DNA from: a virus
Strand: one strand, 5' to 3'
IMG/VR virus record: IMGVR_UViG_3300030099_005838
Length of the DNA: 64,000 bases
Numbering within the stretch: the first letter of the stretch is position 1; each line of letters opens with the position of its first letter. Below are positions 30,130 to 40,613 of the stretch, piece by piece. The notes beneath the pieces are model-generated. The model saw only the letters and a program-made list of their open reading frames with translations. It searched no databases and had not been told where the DNA came from. The translations under genes were made by a program, and so were the position numbers.

Positions 30130-33100
30130 ATGGATAAATTAACAGAATTTTTAATCAAGCCATTTCTAACCGAAGGTGTCAGAGACCCAGGTATCTTTAA
30201 GGCCATATTTTTGGCAGGAGGGCCTGGTAGCGGTAAATCGTATGTTGCAAAACAACTTTTCGGTATACCTGAAAAGATAAATGTATCTAAAACTGGTTTA
30301 AAAATGGTAAATCAAGACACAGAACTTGAGATGTTACTAACAAAATATTTTGGAACTGTTGATTTAGATAACATGCCGACTGATTTATTTAAACAACTTA
30401 CAGACCCGAAGTACGATGATTATAGTGGATTAAGAGCGTACGCAAAAAGTCTAAGCAAAGAAAGATTGAGATTATATACAGAAGGTAGGTTAGGCGTTAT
30501 AATTGATGGAACTGGTCATAAATTTAAATCAGTCAAAGAAAAAAGAAAGAAATTGATGGATATGGGTTACGATACCTACATGGTATTTGTAAATACAAGT
30601 TTAGAGATTGCAATGAAGAGAAACGAAGAAAGAGCCCGTGCACTACCTGCTGATATTGTTAGAAAGAGTTGGCAAGATGTTCAGGGTAATCTTGCTTTCT
30701 TTCAAGGATTATTCGGTGCAAGTAATTTCCTTATAGTTGATAATAACAAATTCTTATCAGCTGCACAAGCAGAGAAAAAGTTTAGTATGTTGGTAAATCA
30801 GGGATTGACTAAGTTTTTAAAGAAACCACCTAAAAATAAAATTGCAAAGGATTGGATTAAAAAACAACAACATATCAAAAAAATAGATTTACCTAATTTG
30901 ATGAAAAAAGTGAAGATGGCAGAGAGTATTAAATTACCTGTAGAAATCGGTGATACCATTCTTATGGGTAGATTTAAAAACAAAAAAGTTGTTGTAAAGT
31001 CAATTGATTACAACGATAATGGAGATCTGTTAATCAATGGTAGACCAGCTTTAAAATTTAGAATTATGGAATCGATAAACGAATCTGAAGTAAAGACAAT
31101 ATATAGTCTTCTTCAAAAATATGGAAACTCTGAAAAAGATGCAAAAAATATGATTAGAAAAAATTATAAAAAGGTATCTAAAAAATTTAGAGGACAATCT
31201 GTTAGAGACAAAGCTATGGCATTAATAGGAATTTCTCTACTAGGTGAGAGTATGACAAAATCTCAGATTAAAAGTATGAGAGATAAATTCAAAAAAACAG
31301 GAGAGTTACCACCTCATTTGAAAAAGTTTGTAAAGGCCAAAAAAGAATTTGAGAAAAAGTTTAAGGTTAAGAATATTGTTGTACCTGGTTTAGAGTGGAT
31401 GTCTGATTTAAAAGAGGCACCAAGAGTGCCTCGTAAGAAAGGACAACATCGTGGTTCAAAATCACATTCTGATTTATACACAGACGAGAATCCAAAGGGT
31501 ACAATACATGGATTGAAATTTGCAACTGTAAAAGATGCTCAAGCATCTGTCAGAAAGATAAAGAGTAGTAGTAGGTCACATGCTCATAAGATACAGGCTG
31601 CTGTTGCTATGGAACAGAGAGCTAGAGAGATGGGTAAGACTTCACAAGCTGCTGTCTATAGAGCTTACATCAATAAGATGAAGAAGAAAACCAAAAAGAA
31701 GAATGAGGAGTTTGGAGCACCAGCTGGTATGTTACCATCACCGAGTCGTAAGATGGTAAAGAAGATGAAGAGAAAAGGTAACACCTCAGTTCCTTATGGT
31801 AGTGGTTATAAAAAAATACAAGAATTTATTAATAAACCAAAAATGAAAAGTGCATTACAAAAATTAGTCGATAAAAATCTAATACCAAAAATTTATACCA
31901 AAAATATTAGTAAGTTACAAATTTACCTTACCAATAACCCAGTGGTGATGACACAATTACTAAGATTACTTGGTGAAAATATTAATGAAAATGATAAAGT
32001 TCAATTGATGAAGTTGTACAATAAAGCTTTTAAGATGATGCCTAATAGTCCTGCACAAAAAAAAGTTAGAAAACAAATTGATGCTTTACGAAAAAAATTA
32101 AAAATGAATGAGGAAACTTCAAAGATAAAAAAAGTAATTGGAGTATTTGGTGGTAGATTTCAGCCTTTTCATCCTGGTCATTTAGCAACATATAAATGGT
32201 TAGCATCAAAGGTTGACGAAGCATATATAACAACATCCAACATCAAACAACCACCAAGACATCCAATGGATTTCAAAGAGAAAGTAAGACATATGGTAAA
32301 GATGGGTATTCCAAAGAATAGAATAATACAAGAAAAAACACCTTATGTTGCTGTAAATCTTTTGAAAAAATTTAATGCTGATACAACAGCTGTGGTGTAT
32401 GCATTTGGACAGAAGGATGCTGGTAGATTAAAAGGTGGTACTAAAAAAGATGGTAGTAAAACATACTATCAAGACTTTAATCAGAACAAAAATAATTTAC
32501 AGGGATATGAAACTCATGGTTACATATTGACTGCACCACAGCAAGGTAATCTTAGTGGGACAAAGATGAGAGATTTATTAGGAAACCCAAAGTATAGTGA
32601 TGATGAAAGACAGAAGACATTTAAGAAGACATTCAAATATTTCGATAAGGGTATATACAATATGATGACAAATAAATTTAAAAAATTATTTGAAACAATT
32701 GATATATCCGAAGATTTGATAAAAGAATTTTTATTAGAATATAGTGATAGTTTAAAAGGAAATTTAGATGATGGCCCTTCAACCTATTATCAAACTTTAA
32801 ATGCGTATGAAAAAACATCTAAGGAATGGTTAGATAGTATTTACAAAAAAGAGGGATGGAAGGTTGTTGATTACGCTGTCAGAAATAATATTATAAAACC
32901 AGAAGAAAATGTTGCAAAAGCTGTAGAAGACCATACTAGAAGAAAACCAGGACAAAAACATTACAATTCTGTACCACTAACTTATATGGATCATGGAACA
33001 CAAGGTGGTTCTAATACGGCTGTTAATAAATATAAAAAACATTTGGATGACGTTGTAGGCCCAATTGGTTGGCAGGTGATTGATTGGATGGGAACATCTG

Positions 33101-34485
33101 CGGCAATTGATAATATAATAGGAAGTGTATTTGCGGCTGGTGCAAGTGCGGAAATAGATAAAAGTTTCTTAGATACTATAGATTTAGACAACATCGAATT
33201 TTTAGAAGAAAAAACATTCTCTAAAGAATGGTGGAAAAAAGAATTGATGTTAGAGGGTGGAGCATATGGACATTTAAATCATCCATTTGATGATAAAAAA
33301 TTGACATTTTCAGATTTTAAGAAACTAATTATTAATACACTACAAGGTAAACTTGATAAAGAAGGACCGGTTACAGAAAAAACTGATGGACAGAATATAA
33401 TGATAAGTTGGAAAAACGACAAACTTATCGCAGCAAGAAACAAAGGACACATCAAAAACTTTGGTGCTAATGCTTTAGATGCCAATGGTATTAAGAATAT
33501 GTTTTCTGGTAGAGGTGACATAGAGAAAGCCTTTGTCACCGCAATGAATGATTTAACTAAAGCTTTAAAGGGTTTAAGTAAGAAACAAAAAGACAAAATA
33601 TTTGGTGAAGGTAAAAGATTTATGTCTTTAGAGGTTATGTATCCTGCTACATCAAATGTAATACCTTATGATAAATCTCTACTGCAATTTCATGGAACTA
33701 TAGAGTATGATGAATTTGGCTCTCCTATTGGAGAAAATAGAGAAAGTGCTAGGGTGTTGGCTGGTATGATAAAACAAATAAATCAAGACATACAAAAAAC
33801 TTATACAATAACGAAACCATTTGTTGCTAATCTACCACAGGTTAAAGATTTCAGTAAGAGACAGAGTTACTTTTTAGGTAAATTGAAAAAATTACAAAGT
33901 GAATATAAGTTAAAAGATACCGACACTTTGGCTGATTACCATCAAGCATATTGGATGGAGTATATTTATAATGGTGGAAAACAAACAGATTACAAACATC
34001 CTGATAATAGAATTTTGATGAAATTAACAAAGAGATGGGCGTTCTTTGATAAGTCATATAAGATACCACAAATTAGAAAAGATTTAGAAAAGTATCCGAA
34101 GTTTTTAGATTGGGTTTTGAGCACTGATAAGATGAATCATGCTAAACTACAAAAAGAACATATTAGGGATTGGGAAGTTCTCTTCTTTGAGTTGGGTGCA
34201 GAGATATTAAAAAATATGAGTGACTTTATTGCAGCAAATCCATCTGAGGCAGCTCAAAAAATTAGGAAGGATTTGGTGGGTACAATCAACAAAGTTAAAA
34301 AGTCTAAAGACCCAAAAGTATTGAACACATTAAAAGTTCAGTTAGATAGACTAAAAGCCTTAGGTGGATTAGATGCGGTTGTTCCATCGGAAGGGGTTAC
34401 ATTTGTTTATAAAGGTAAACTCTACAAATACACAGGAGCATTCGCACCAGCAAATCAAATTTTGGGTATGTTAAAATTCGTATAG
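30130..34485 (+). CDS. Multidomain polyprotein: P-loop kinase + basic small modules + HxGH nucleotidyltransferase + ATP-dependent ligase-like domain
   Basis: Kinase: AGGPGSGKS...IIDGTG. Nucleotidyltransferase: FGGRFQPFHPGH...SGTKMR. Ligase-like: EKTDG, AARNKG, SLEV, SEGVTF, LYKYTG. Modules are separated by [ILM]-x-E sites. Confidence 0.75.
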   Translation: MDKLTEFLIKPFLTEGVRDPGIFKAIFLAGGPGSGKSYVAKQLFGIPEKINVSKTGLKMVNQDTELEMLLTKYFGTVDLDNMPTDLFKQLTDPKYDDYSGLRAYAKSLSKERLRLYTEGRLGVIIDGTGHKFKSVKEKRKKLMDMGYDTYMVFVNTSLEIAMKRNEERARALPADIVRKSWQDVQGNLAFFQGLFGASNFLIVDNNKFLSAAQAEKKFSMLVNQGLTKFLKKPPKNKIAKDWIKKQQHIKKIDLPNLMKKVKMAESIKLPVEIGDTILMGRFKNKKVVVKSIDYNDNGDLLINGRPALKFRIMESINESEVKTIYSLLQKYGNSEKDAKNMIRKNYKKVSKKFRGQSVRDKAMALIGISLLGESMTKSQIKSMRDKFKKTGELPPHLKKFVKAKKEFEKKFKVKNIVVPGLEWMSDLKEAPRVPRKKGQHRGSKSHSDLYTDENPKGTIHGLKFATVKDAQASVRKIKSSSRSHAHKIQAAVAMEQRAREMGKTSQAAVYRAYINKMKKKTKKKNEEFGAPAGMLPSPSRKMVKKMKRKGNTSVPYGSGYKKIQEFINKPKMKSALQKLVDKNLIPKIYTKNISKLQIYLTNNPVVMTQLLRLLGENINENDKVQLMKLYNKAFKMMPNSPAQKKVRKQIDALRKKLKMNEETSKIKKVIGVFGGRFQPFHPGHLATYKWLASKVDEAYITTSNIKQPPRHPMDFKEKVRHMVKMGIPKNRIIQEKTPYVAVNLLKKFNADTTAVVYAFGQKDAGRLKGGTKKDGSKTYYQDFNQNKNNLQGYETHGYILTAPQQGNLSGTKMRDLLGNPKYSDDERQKTFKKTFKYFDKGIYNMMTNKFKKLFETIDISEDLIKEFLLEYSDSLKGNLDDGPSTYYQTLNAYEKTSKEWLDSIYKKEGWKVVDYAVRNNIIKPEENVAKAVEDHTRRKPGQKHYNSVPLTYMDHGTQGGSNTAVNKYKKHLDDVVGPIGWQVIDWMGTSAAIDNIIGSVFAAGASAEIDKSFLDTIDLDNIEFLEEKTFSKEWWKKELMLEGGAYGHLNHPFDDKKLTFSDFKKLIINTLQGKLDKEGPVTEKTDGQNIMISWKNDKLIAARNKGHIKNFGANALDANGIKNMFSGRGDIEKAFVTAMNDLTKALKGLSKKQKDKIFGEGKRFMSLEVMYPATSNVIPYDKSLLQFHGTIEYDEFGSPIGENRESARVLAGMIKQINQDIQKTYTITKPFVANLPQVKDFSKRQSYFLGKLKKLQSEYKLKDTDTLADYHQAYWMEYIYNGGKQTDYKHPDNRILMKLTKRWAFFDKSYKIPQIRKDLEKYPKFLDWVLSTDKMNHAKLQKEHIRDWEVLFFELGAEILKNMSDFIAANPSEAAQKIRKDLVGTINKVKKSKDPKVLNTLKVQLDRLKALGGLDAVVPSEGVTFVYKGKLYKYTGAFAPANQILGMLKFV

Positions 34486-34494
34486 GAGTAGGTT

Positions 34495-35019
34495 ATGGGA
34501 TATAGTAAAGAATCAGAAAGACAAAACAAAGTTTTAGGTGATTTATTATCTGGTAGAGAACCAGACAAAAGAGTTATGATTGGTTACGAGGGTAAAGGAA
34601 AAGAAAAGGGTGATGTAATACCAAAGATGACTGAATTAATGCAAGATGTTAGGATGCCTTTATTTTGTCCTTCTTGTAAGAAAGTAATGAAAAAAAGATT
34701 AGACGATAAAATGTGGAGACTCTACGAACATTGCTTTGATTGTCAATTAGATTTTGAACACAAACTTAGACTTGAAGGAAAGTATGATGAGTGGGAAAAA
34801 CAAAAAGTTAAAGAAAATAAAATATCTTTTTTAAAAGAGCAGATACAGGCAATAAAAGAATGGAAAGATATGAAAGCACCCGAATGGTATAACAATATCG
34901 GTGTCAATTATCCCGAATTGGAAAAAGAAACTTGGAATGTAGATACAGAAAAGATAAAGTCTATGGCTGATGAAGCATTAGAGAAATTTGAAGAAACCCT
35001 TAACGAATTGGAGAATTAG
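34495..35019 (+). CDS. Hypothetical protein with CxxC...CxxC zinc site
   Basis: FCPSCKK...HCFDCQL; AGGAG RBS at 34484-34488. Confidence 0.65.
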   Translation: MGYSKESERQNKVLGDLLSGREPDKRVMIGYEGKGKEKGDVIPKMTELMQDVRMPLFCPSCKKVMKKRLDDKMWRLYEHCFDCQLDFEHKLRLEGKYDEWEKQKVKENKISFLKEQIQAIKEWKDMKAPEWYNNIGVNYPELEKETWNVDTEKIKSMADEALEKFEETLNELEN

Positions 35020-35021
35020 TT

Positions 35022-35333
35022 ATGAAACTTTGGAAAGTAATATTAGGAATCTTTGGACTAGTTGGTGGCTTATTTGCCGCTAAGCAGGTAAAAAGTAAAG
35101 AAGTTCAGAAACTTAAAAAAGTTATTGAGGAAAACAAAAAAGAAGAGAAGAAAGTAGAAAAGCAAATCAAAGAATTAGAGGAAGCTAAGACTGCATCCAG
35201 AAGAGAAATAGGTAATATGAAAAGAAAACTAACTATCTCTAAAAAGAAAACTAAAAAGATGGAAGAAGTTTATGAAAATGATGAAGTCGAATCTGCTGAA
35301 GATTTTTTAAGAAAGTTTGCAAAGAGTAAATAA
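35022..35333 (+). CDS. N-terminally membrane-anchored coiled-coil protein (spanin-like)
   Basis: Hydrophobic N-terminus VILGIFGLVGGLFAA followed by a K/E-rich coiled coil. Confidence 0.5.
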   Translation: MKLWKVILGIFGLVGGLFAAKQVKSKEVQKLKKVIEENKKEEKKVEKQIKELEEAKTASRREIGNMKRKLTISKKKTKKMEEVYENDEVESAEDFLRKFAKSK

Positions 35334-35334
35334 T

Positions 35335-35691
35335 ATGAAGTATATCTGGATATTACTTCTAACACCTCTTTTAGCACAAACAACTTTTACAGAGGCAGAA
35401 GCTTTAGAAATGATTAAAGCACGTGATGCTCAATGGGAAGGTAAGATTGAAAAAGCTGATTCTTTAATTTCATCACAAAAAGTATTAATTAGTGATTATG
35501 AATCTTTAATAGAAAAATTTGAAGAATCTTCTAATGTCGATTCATTACTGATAGAAGCTAAAGATTCTCAGATCAAATTACTGAAAGCACGTGACGAAAT
35601 GAATGAAAAGTTGGTAGAGTTAGTTGAACCAAAGTGGTATGAGAATCAATATCTTTGGTTATTTATTGGATTTATTTTAGGGAAGATATAA
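35335..35691 (+). CDS. Signal-peptide + coiled coil + C-terminal TM protein (spanin-like)
   Basis: MKYIWILLLTPLLAQ signal peptide; C-terminal YLWLFIGFILGKI; start placed at 35335, just after the upstream stop. Confidence 0.5.
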   Translation: MKYIWILLLTPLLAQTTFTEAEALEMIKARDAQWEGKIEKADSLISSQKVLISDYESLIEKFEESSNVDSLLIEAKDSQIKLLKARDEMNEKLVELVEPKWYENQYLWLFIGFILGKI

Positions 35692-37268
35692 TGAAACCTG
35701 CACCATTAAAAGAAGTAATCAAAAAAGAATATGTGAAATGTGCAAAAGATCCAGCATATTTTCTTAAAAAGTATTGTGTGGTTCAACATCCAATGAAGGG
35801 TAAAGTCCCTTTTCATCTTTGGGATTTTCAAGAAAAATCACTGCAGACTTTTGAAGACCACAGGTTTAATATCATACTAAAGGCTCGTCAGTTAGGATTA
35901 TCAACACTAACTGCCGGATATTCTTTGTGGATGATGACGTTTGGACAGGACAAAAATATACTAGTAATCGCTACTAAACAAGATACTGCAAAAAATTTAG
36001 TCACTAAAGTAAGAGTAATGCACGCCAATTTACCCTCTTGGTTGAAACAGAATTGTGTTGAGGATAACAAACTATCTCTAAGATACAAAAATGGTTCACA
36101 GATTAAAGCGGTCTCAAGCGGAGAAGATTCTGGTCGTTCTGAGGCTCTTTCATTATTAATATTGGATGAGGCCGCTTTCATTGATAAGATTGAACCAATA
36201 TGGGCAGCCGCTTCACAGACATTATCTACTGGTGGGCAATGTATTGCACTATCTACTCCAAATGGTGTGGGTAATTGGTTTCACAAAACTTGGGTAGGTG
36301 CAGAAGATGGAACAAATGATTGGAACTTTATTAGATTACATTGGAATCTACATCCTGAAAGAAATGATGAGTGGAGGGGTGAGCAAGATAAACTATTAGG
36401 TCCTTCATTAGCAGCACAAGAGTGTGATTGTGATTTCATCACTTCTGGTCAAACAGTAGTCGATGGTGTAATACTAGAGGAGTATAAACAAACACATACT
36501 AATAATCCTTTAGAAAAAAGAGGAATCGATAGTAACTTTTGGGTATGGCAACCTGCTAACTATACAAAAGATTACATTGTATCTGCTGATGTAAGTAGGG
36601 GTGATGGAACAGATTATTCCGCTTTTCATGTTATGGATGTAGAAACTATGGAGCAGGTAGCAGAATATAAAGGTAAGTTATCAACAAAAGATTTTGGTAA
36701 TATGTTAGTCAACACCGCTACAGAATATAACAATGCATTATTAGTTATTGAGAATAACAATATTGGGTGGGCGGCAATACAACAGGTAATCGATAGAGGA
36801 TATGAGAACCTATTTTATACAAGTAAAGATTTACAATACGTGGATACAGAAAAACAAATAAATAATAGATATAGAACACAAGACCGAAATATGGTACCTG
36901 GTTTTTCTATGACAATGAAAACCAGACCTTTGGTAATCGCTAAATTAGAAGAATATTTTAGAGAAAAGTCAGTAATTGTTCGTTCAAATCGATTAATTGA
37001 TGAACTTTTTGTATTTATATATAATAACAATAAAGCCGAAGCTATGCAGGGGTATAATGACGATTTAGTTATGAGTTTTGCTATCTGTCTTTGGGTGAGG
37101 GATACTGCATTAAGATTGAAACAAGAAGGTATCGACTTACAGAAAAAAGCACTAAGTGGTGTAGCAACACAAATGTTACCTCAGACACCAACGGAAAAGA
37201 AAGACACTTGGGAAATGGAAGTGGGTCCGAATGGTGAAAAAGAAAGAATAGACTGGCTATTAGGATAA
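35691..37268 (+). CDS. terL: Terminase large subunit (T4 gp17-like)
   Basis: Walker A LKARQLGLST, Walker B LILDEAAF, STPNG, RNase H-like ADVSRGDGTDYS and final NDDLVMS. Start placed at 35691 (TAATG overlap). Confidence 0.95.
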   Translation: MKPAPLKEVIKKEYVKCAKDPAYFLKKYCVVQHPMKGKVPFHLWDFQEKSLQTFEDHRFNIILKARQLGLSTLTAGYSLWMMTFGQDKNILVIATKQDTAKNLVTKVRVMHANLPSWLKQNCVEDNKLSLRYKNGSQIKAVSSGEDSGRSEALSLLILDEAAFIDKIEPIWAAASQTLSTGGQCIALSTPNGVGNWFHKTWVGAEDGTNDWNFIRLHWNLHPERNDEWRGEQDKLLGPSLAAQECDCDFITSGQTVVDGVILEEYKQTHTNNPLEKRGIDSNFWVWQPANYTKDYIVSADVSRGDGTDYSAFHVMDVETMEQVAEYKGKLSTKDFGNMLVNTATEYNNALLVIENNNIGWAAIQQVIDRGYENLFYTSKDLQYVDTEKQINNRYRTQDRNMVPGFSMTMKTRPLVIAKLEEYFREKSVIVRSNRLIDELFVFIYNNNKAEAMQGYNDDLVMSFAICLWVRDTALRLKQEGIDLQKKALSGVATQMLPQTPTEKKDTWEMEVGPNGEKERIDWLLG

Positions 37269-37278
37269 GGAATAAATT

Positions 37279-39096
37279 ATGGCTGATACAACATTTTTAG
37301 GAAGATTAAAAAGATTATTTTCTACTAACGCTATAGTTAGAAACGTTGGTGGAAGAAAATTGAAAGTTGTAGACACAGGAAAGCTTCAATCAGTAGCTAA
37401 AAACAGTTTGGTGGATAGATACCAAAAATTGTACTCGAACATGCAAAGTTATGGATATAACGAGCTGTTACAAGTTCAACAACTAAGATTAGGTTTGTTT
37501 AGAGATTATGAGTCTATGGATTCTGATGCGATTATTGCATCTGCACTAGATATTTATTCTGACGAGTCTACTATGAAGAACGAGTATGGTAAAGTTCTTT
37601 CCATCAATACGACAAATGATAATATACATGATATATTACATAACCTTTTTTATGATATCATTAACATAGAGTTTAATCTTTGGCCATGGATTCGTAATAT
37701 GAACAAGTATGGTGACTTCTTTCTCAAATTAGAAGTCAATGAAAAATATGGTGTAACAAATGTTATGCCTTTATCACCATATGATACCGCTAGATATGAA
37801 GGACATGATCCTGAAAATCCTAATTTGGTTCAGTTTGAATACATCCCCCAATCAGCCGGTGGAAGTCACGGTGCAAGACATACCAAAAGGGATAGAGAAA
37901 TCACTATGTTCGAAAATTATGAGGTAGCACACTTTAGATTACTATCTGATTCCAACTATGTTCCTTATGGTCGTTCTATTTTAGAGGGCGGTAGAAAGGT
38001 ATGGAAACAAATGAGTCTAATGGAAGATGCTATGTTGATACATAGGATAATGAGAGCACCTGAGAAAAGAGTATTCAAATTAGATATTGGTAACATACCA
38101 CCAGCAGAGGTTGACAACTTTATGCAACAGGCTATGACCAAAATGAAGAAAGCACCTGTGATGGATGAGAAGACTGGTGAGTACAATCTTAGATATAACA
38201 TACAGAATCTTACAGAGGATTTCTTCCTACCTGTTCGTGGTGGAGATAGTGGAACAAATATAGATACCTTACAAGGACTTACTTACGAAGCGGTTGATGA
38301 CATTGAATATTTGAAAAATAAGTTGTTGGCCTCATTACATGTACCTAAAGCATTTTTAGGATATGAAGAGGGTTTGGGTTCGAAAGCTACATTAGCCGCA
38401 GAGGATGTAAGATTTGCTAGAACAATTGAAAGAATACAAAGAATTGTAACGAGTGAGTTATCAAAAATAGCGGTAGTTCATTTGTATGCACAAGGATTTA
38501 GAGACCAGGATTTAGTTAACTTTGAATTAAACCTAACCAATCCATCAACAATATATGAGCAGGAAAAGATAGAATTGTGGAACAATAAAACATCTCTTGC
38601 AGATTCTATGTTAAGAGATGGATTAGTATCATCCGAATGGGTTTATAAGAATGTATTTAAATTCTCAGATGAAGACATAAAACAAATGGATGAACAAATA
38701 GTATTTGACTATAAGACTAAATTCAGAAGACAACAGATTGAGGCTGAAGGTAATGACCCTGCAAAAAGTGGACAATCACAAGGTACACCATCTGATTTGG
38801 CTATGGGTAGAAGTGGACATGAGTTAGATGATGAAGGTGGTTCACCTGAAGGTGGTTTTGAAGGTGCCGGAAGACCAAAGGAAGCAAATAAGTATAGTAA
38901 AGATAGTGGTGCAAGGGGTAGAGATCCATTGGGAGCACATGATATGAAGAAAGCCTACAGCACACAATCATTATCAAAGTACGAAAATGTTTTAAAACAT
39001 TTAGGGAGTACAGGAAAATCATTATTAAGTGAGAGTAGTGAGGTTGAAGAGGAGTATAAATCCGAAGTAAACTCTCTTATTACTAATAAAAATTGA
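37279..39096 (+). CDS. Portal protein (T4 gp20-like)
   Basis: YGRSILE...WKQMSLMEDAMLIHRIMRAPEKRVFKLDIGN...EDFFLPVRG...DDIEYLKNKL is a gp20-type signature; directly follows terL. Confidence 0.95.
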   Translation: MADTTFLGRLKRLFSTNAIVRNVGGRKLKVVDTGKLQSVAKNSLVDRYQKLYSNMQSYGYNELLQVQQLRLGLFRDYESMDSDAIIASALDIYSDESTMKNEYGKVLSINTTNDNIHDILHNLFYDIINIEFNLWPWIRNMNKYGDFFLKLEVNEKYGVTNVMPLSPYDTARYEGHDPENPNLVQFEYIPQSAGGSHGARHTKRDREITMFENYEVAHFRLLSDSNYVPYGRSILEGGRKVWKQMSLMEDAMLIHRIMRAPEKRVFKLDIGNIPPAEVDNFMQQAMTKMKKAPVMDEKTGEYNLRYNIQNLTEDFFLPVRGGDSGTNIDTLQGLTYEAVDDIEYLKNKLLASLHVPKAFLGYEEGLGSKATLAAEDVRFARTIERIQRIVTSELSKIAVVHLYAQGFRDQDLVNFELNLTNPSTIYEQEKIELWNNKTSLADSMLRDGLVSSEWVYKNVFKFSDEDIKQMDEQIVFDYKTKFRRQQIEAEGNDPAKSGQSQGTPSDLAMGRSGHELDDEGGSPEGGFEGAGRPKEANKYSKDSGARGRDPLGAHDMKKAYSTQSLSKYENVLKHLGSTGKSLLSESSEVEEEYKSEVNSLITNKN

Positions 39097-39104
39097 TGAC
39101 ACTT

Positions 39105-39113
39105 ATATTTATA
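39105..39113 (+). promoter_or_regulatory. Putative late promoter motif ATATTTATA
   Basis: Intergenic, upstream of ATG 39150. Confidence 0.55.
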
Positions 39114-39149
39114 TATGAAGTACTATACAAAAACGATTGGAGTTCGTAA

Positions 39150-40007
39150 ATGAGTAATAAAATAAAGCACTCAAAAATAAAGAATACTGCTATTCTTTTT
39201 GAGCTATTAACAAGACAGATCACAGTTGATGTACTCAATGATAAAGAGGGAGAAGCTGTAGGTATGTTGAAAAAATATTTTTCACCAAAATCGCAACTTG
39301 GTAAAGAATATGAATTATATAAAATTTTAAATACTGAAAAGTACAGTAATGATAGTAAGGCTAATCACCTTATAGAAGCCGTTGTAAAGGCATACAAAGG
39401 CATCAATAAAAAACAATTAAAAAACGAAAAGTATAATCTTGTCAAAGAAATCAAAAATAATTACGATGTAAATGACTTTTTTAATGCAAGAATTCCAAAT
39501 TATAAAGTACATGCTTCAATATACAAATTATTTGAGTCAGTTTACACACAAGATCCTAAAGAAGAAACCGAAAGTAGGTTTACTATTATAGAAAATATCA
39601 CTAAAAAGTCAATTTCCGTAAAGAGAAAAGACAAAAAAGTCTTAGAAAACTACAAAAAGCAAGAAAAAGACTTGAGATTACTTACTTACACAGTATTGGT
39701 TGAAAAATTCAACAAGAAGTATAAGAAACTTACTGAAAGTCAAAGAGACTTACTAAGAAAGTATATCTACAACATATCTAACACCAACTCTTTAAAAGAG
39801 TTTATTGAAAAAGAATCTATTCAAATCAAAAAACAACTCCAATCGTTTTTGCCCAAGATAGATGATAAGGTTACTAAGATAAAATTAACAGAGGCTATCA
39901 ATCAAATAGGTAATCTTTTGAAAGGTAGAATAGTTGAGGATAATCAAGTGGTAGCTTTAATGAGATATTATCAATTAGTTAGGGAGCTCAAGGATGTCTC
40001 TAAGTAA
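39150..40007 (+). CDS. Head morphogenesis-associated protein (unknown function)
   Basis: 285-aa basic helical protein between portal and protease. Confidence 0.6.
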   Translation: MSNKIKHSKIKNTAILFELLTRQITVDVLNDKEGEAVGMLKKYFSPKSQLGKEYELYKILNTEKYSNDSKANHLIEAVVKAYKGINKKQLKNEKYNLVKEIKNNYDVNDFFNARIPNYKVHASIYKLFESVYTQDPKEETESRFTIIENITKKSISVKRKDKKVLENYKKQEKDLRLLTYTVLVEKFNKKYKKLTESQRDLLRKYIYNISNTNSLKEFIEKESIQIKKQLQSFLPKIDDKVTKIKLTEAINQIGNLLKGRIVEDNQVVALMRYYQLVRELKDVSK

Positions 40008-40416
40008 ACTCAAAGAATACATAAGAGAAATTATTAAAGACGAACTAGAAGAAGCGTCTACATCGGCCAATGTTCCTGGTTATCAGACACCCTTTGCATT
40101 TTCTGACCCAAAGAAAGATAAGAAGAAGAAAAAGAAAAGGGATTTAGGTTCAACTGGCTATAATTATGTTAGTGAGGGTAAGTATCACGATTATAGAAAC
40201 GATGAAACTTTAACACCAAAACAAAAGATTGGTAAGTCTATGAGAGAGATTAGAGATAGTCTCAACAATTTAGATAAAGTAGTAAAAATGAATGTACGTT
40301 TGAAGAATGAACTAAATGTAGATTCTAGGTCATATTGGAAAAATACACATAAGGCTTTGAATAAAATTAGTGAGAGGTTAGTAAAACTAGCGAACAAAGT
40401 AGGACAGTTAAAGTAA
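39994..40416 (+). CDS. Putative prohead core/internal protein
   Basis: N-terminal LKEYIREIIKDELEE followed by further x-x-E sites; in head module. Confidence 0.5.
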   Translation: MSLSKLKEYIREIIKDELEEASTSANVPGYQTPFAFSDPKKDKKKKKKRDLGSTGYNYVSEGKYHDYRNDETLTPKQKIGKSMREIRDSLNNLDKVVKMNVRLKNELNVDSRSYWKNTHKALNKISERLVKLANKVGQLK

Positions 40417-40427
40417 CTGAGGTCACT

Positions 40428-40613
40428 ATGCCATTCGAAGATAAAAAGAAGTCCTATATGGACACGCTTTTTAGTATCTCAACTTTGTTGAAAAGATGGC
40501 AGGTTGAAATATCTAAAAAGGACATAGATAAGAATTACATGATTAGAAGACTTAACCAATGGATAGAACAATTGGAAAGTCTGAAAACAGAAATAATGAT
40601 GGAGAAAGACTAA
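40428..40613 (+). CDS. Hypothetical protein
   Basis: 61 aa, coupled to the next gene (TAATG). Confidence 0.5.
   Translation: MPFEDKKKSYMDTLFSISTLLKRWQVEISKKDIDKNYMIRRLNQWIEQLESLKTEIMMEKD

Noticed and set aside
30130-30900. Zeta-toxin toxin-antitoxin module
   Set aside because: The P-loop domain is part of a long polyprotein with no adjacent antitoxin; a generic kinase call is safer.
35655-35690. Longer ORF-track starts for terminase (35655), 35317, 40559 and 17125
   Set aside because: Downstream ATGs with translational coupling or an RBS (35691, 35335, 40613, 17020) fit better.
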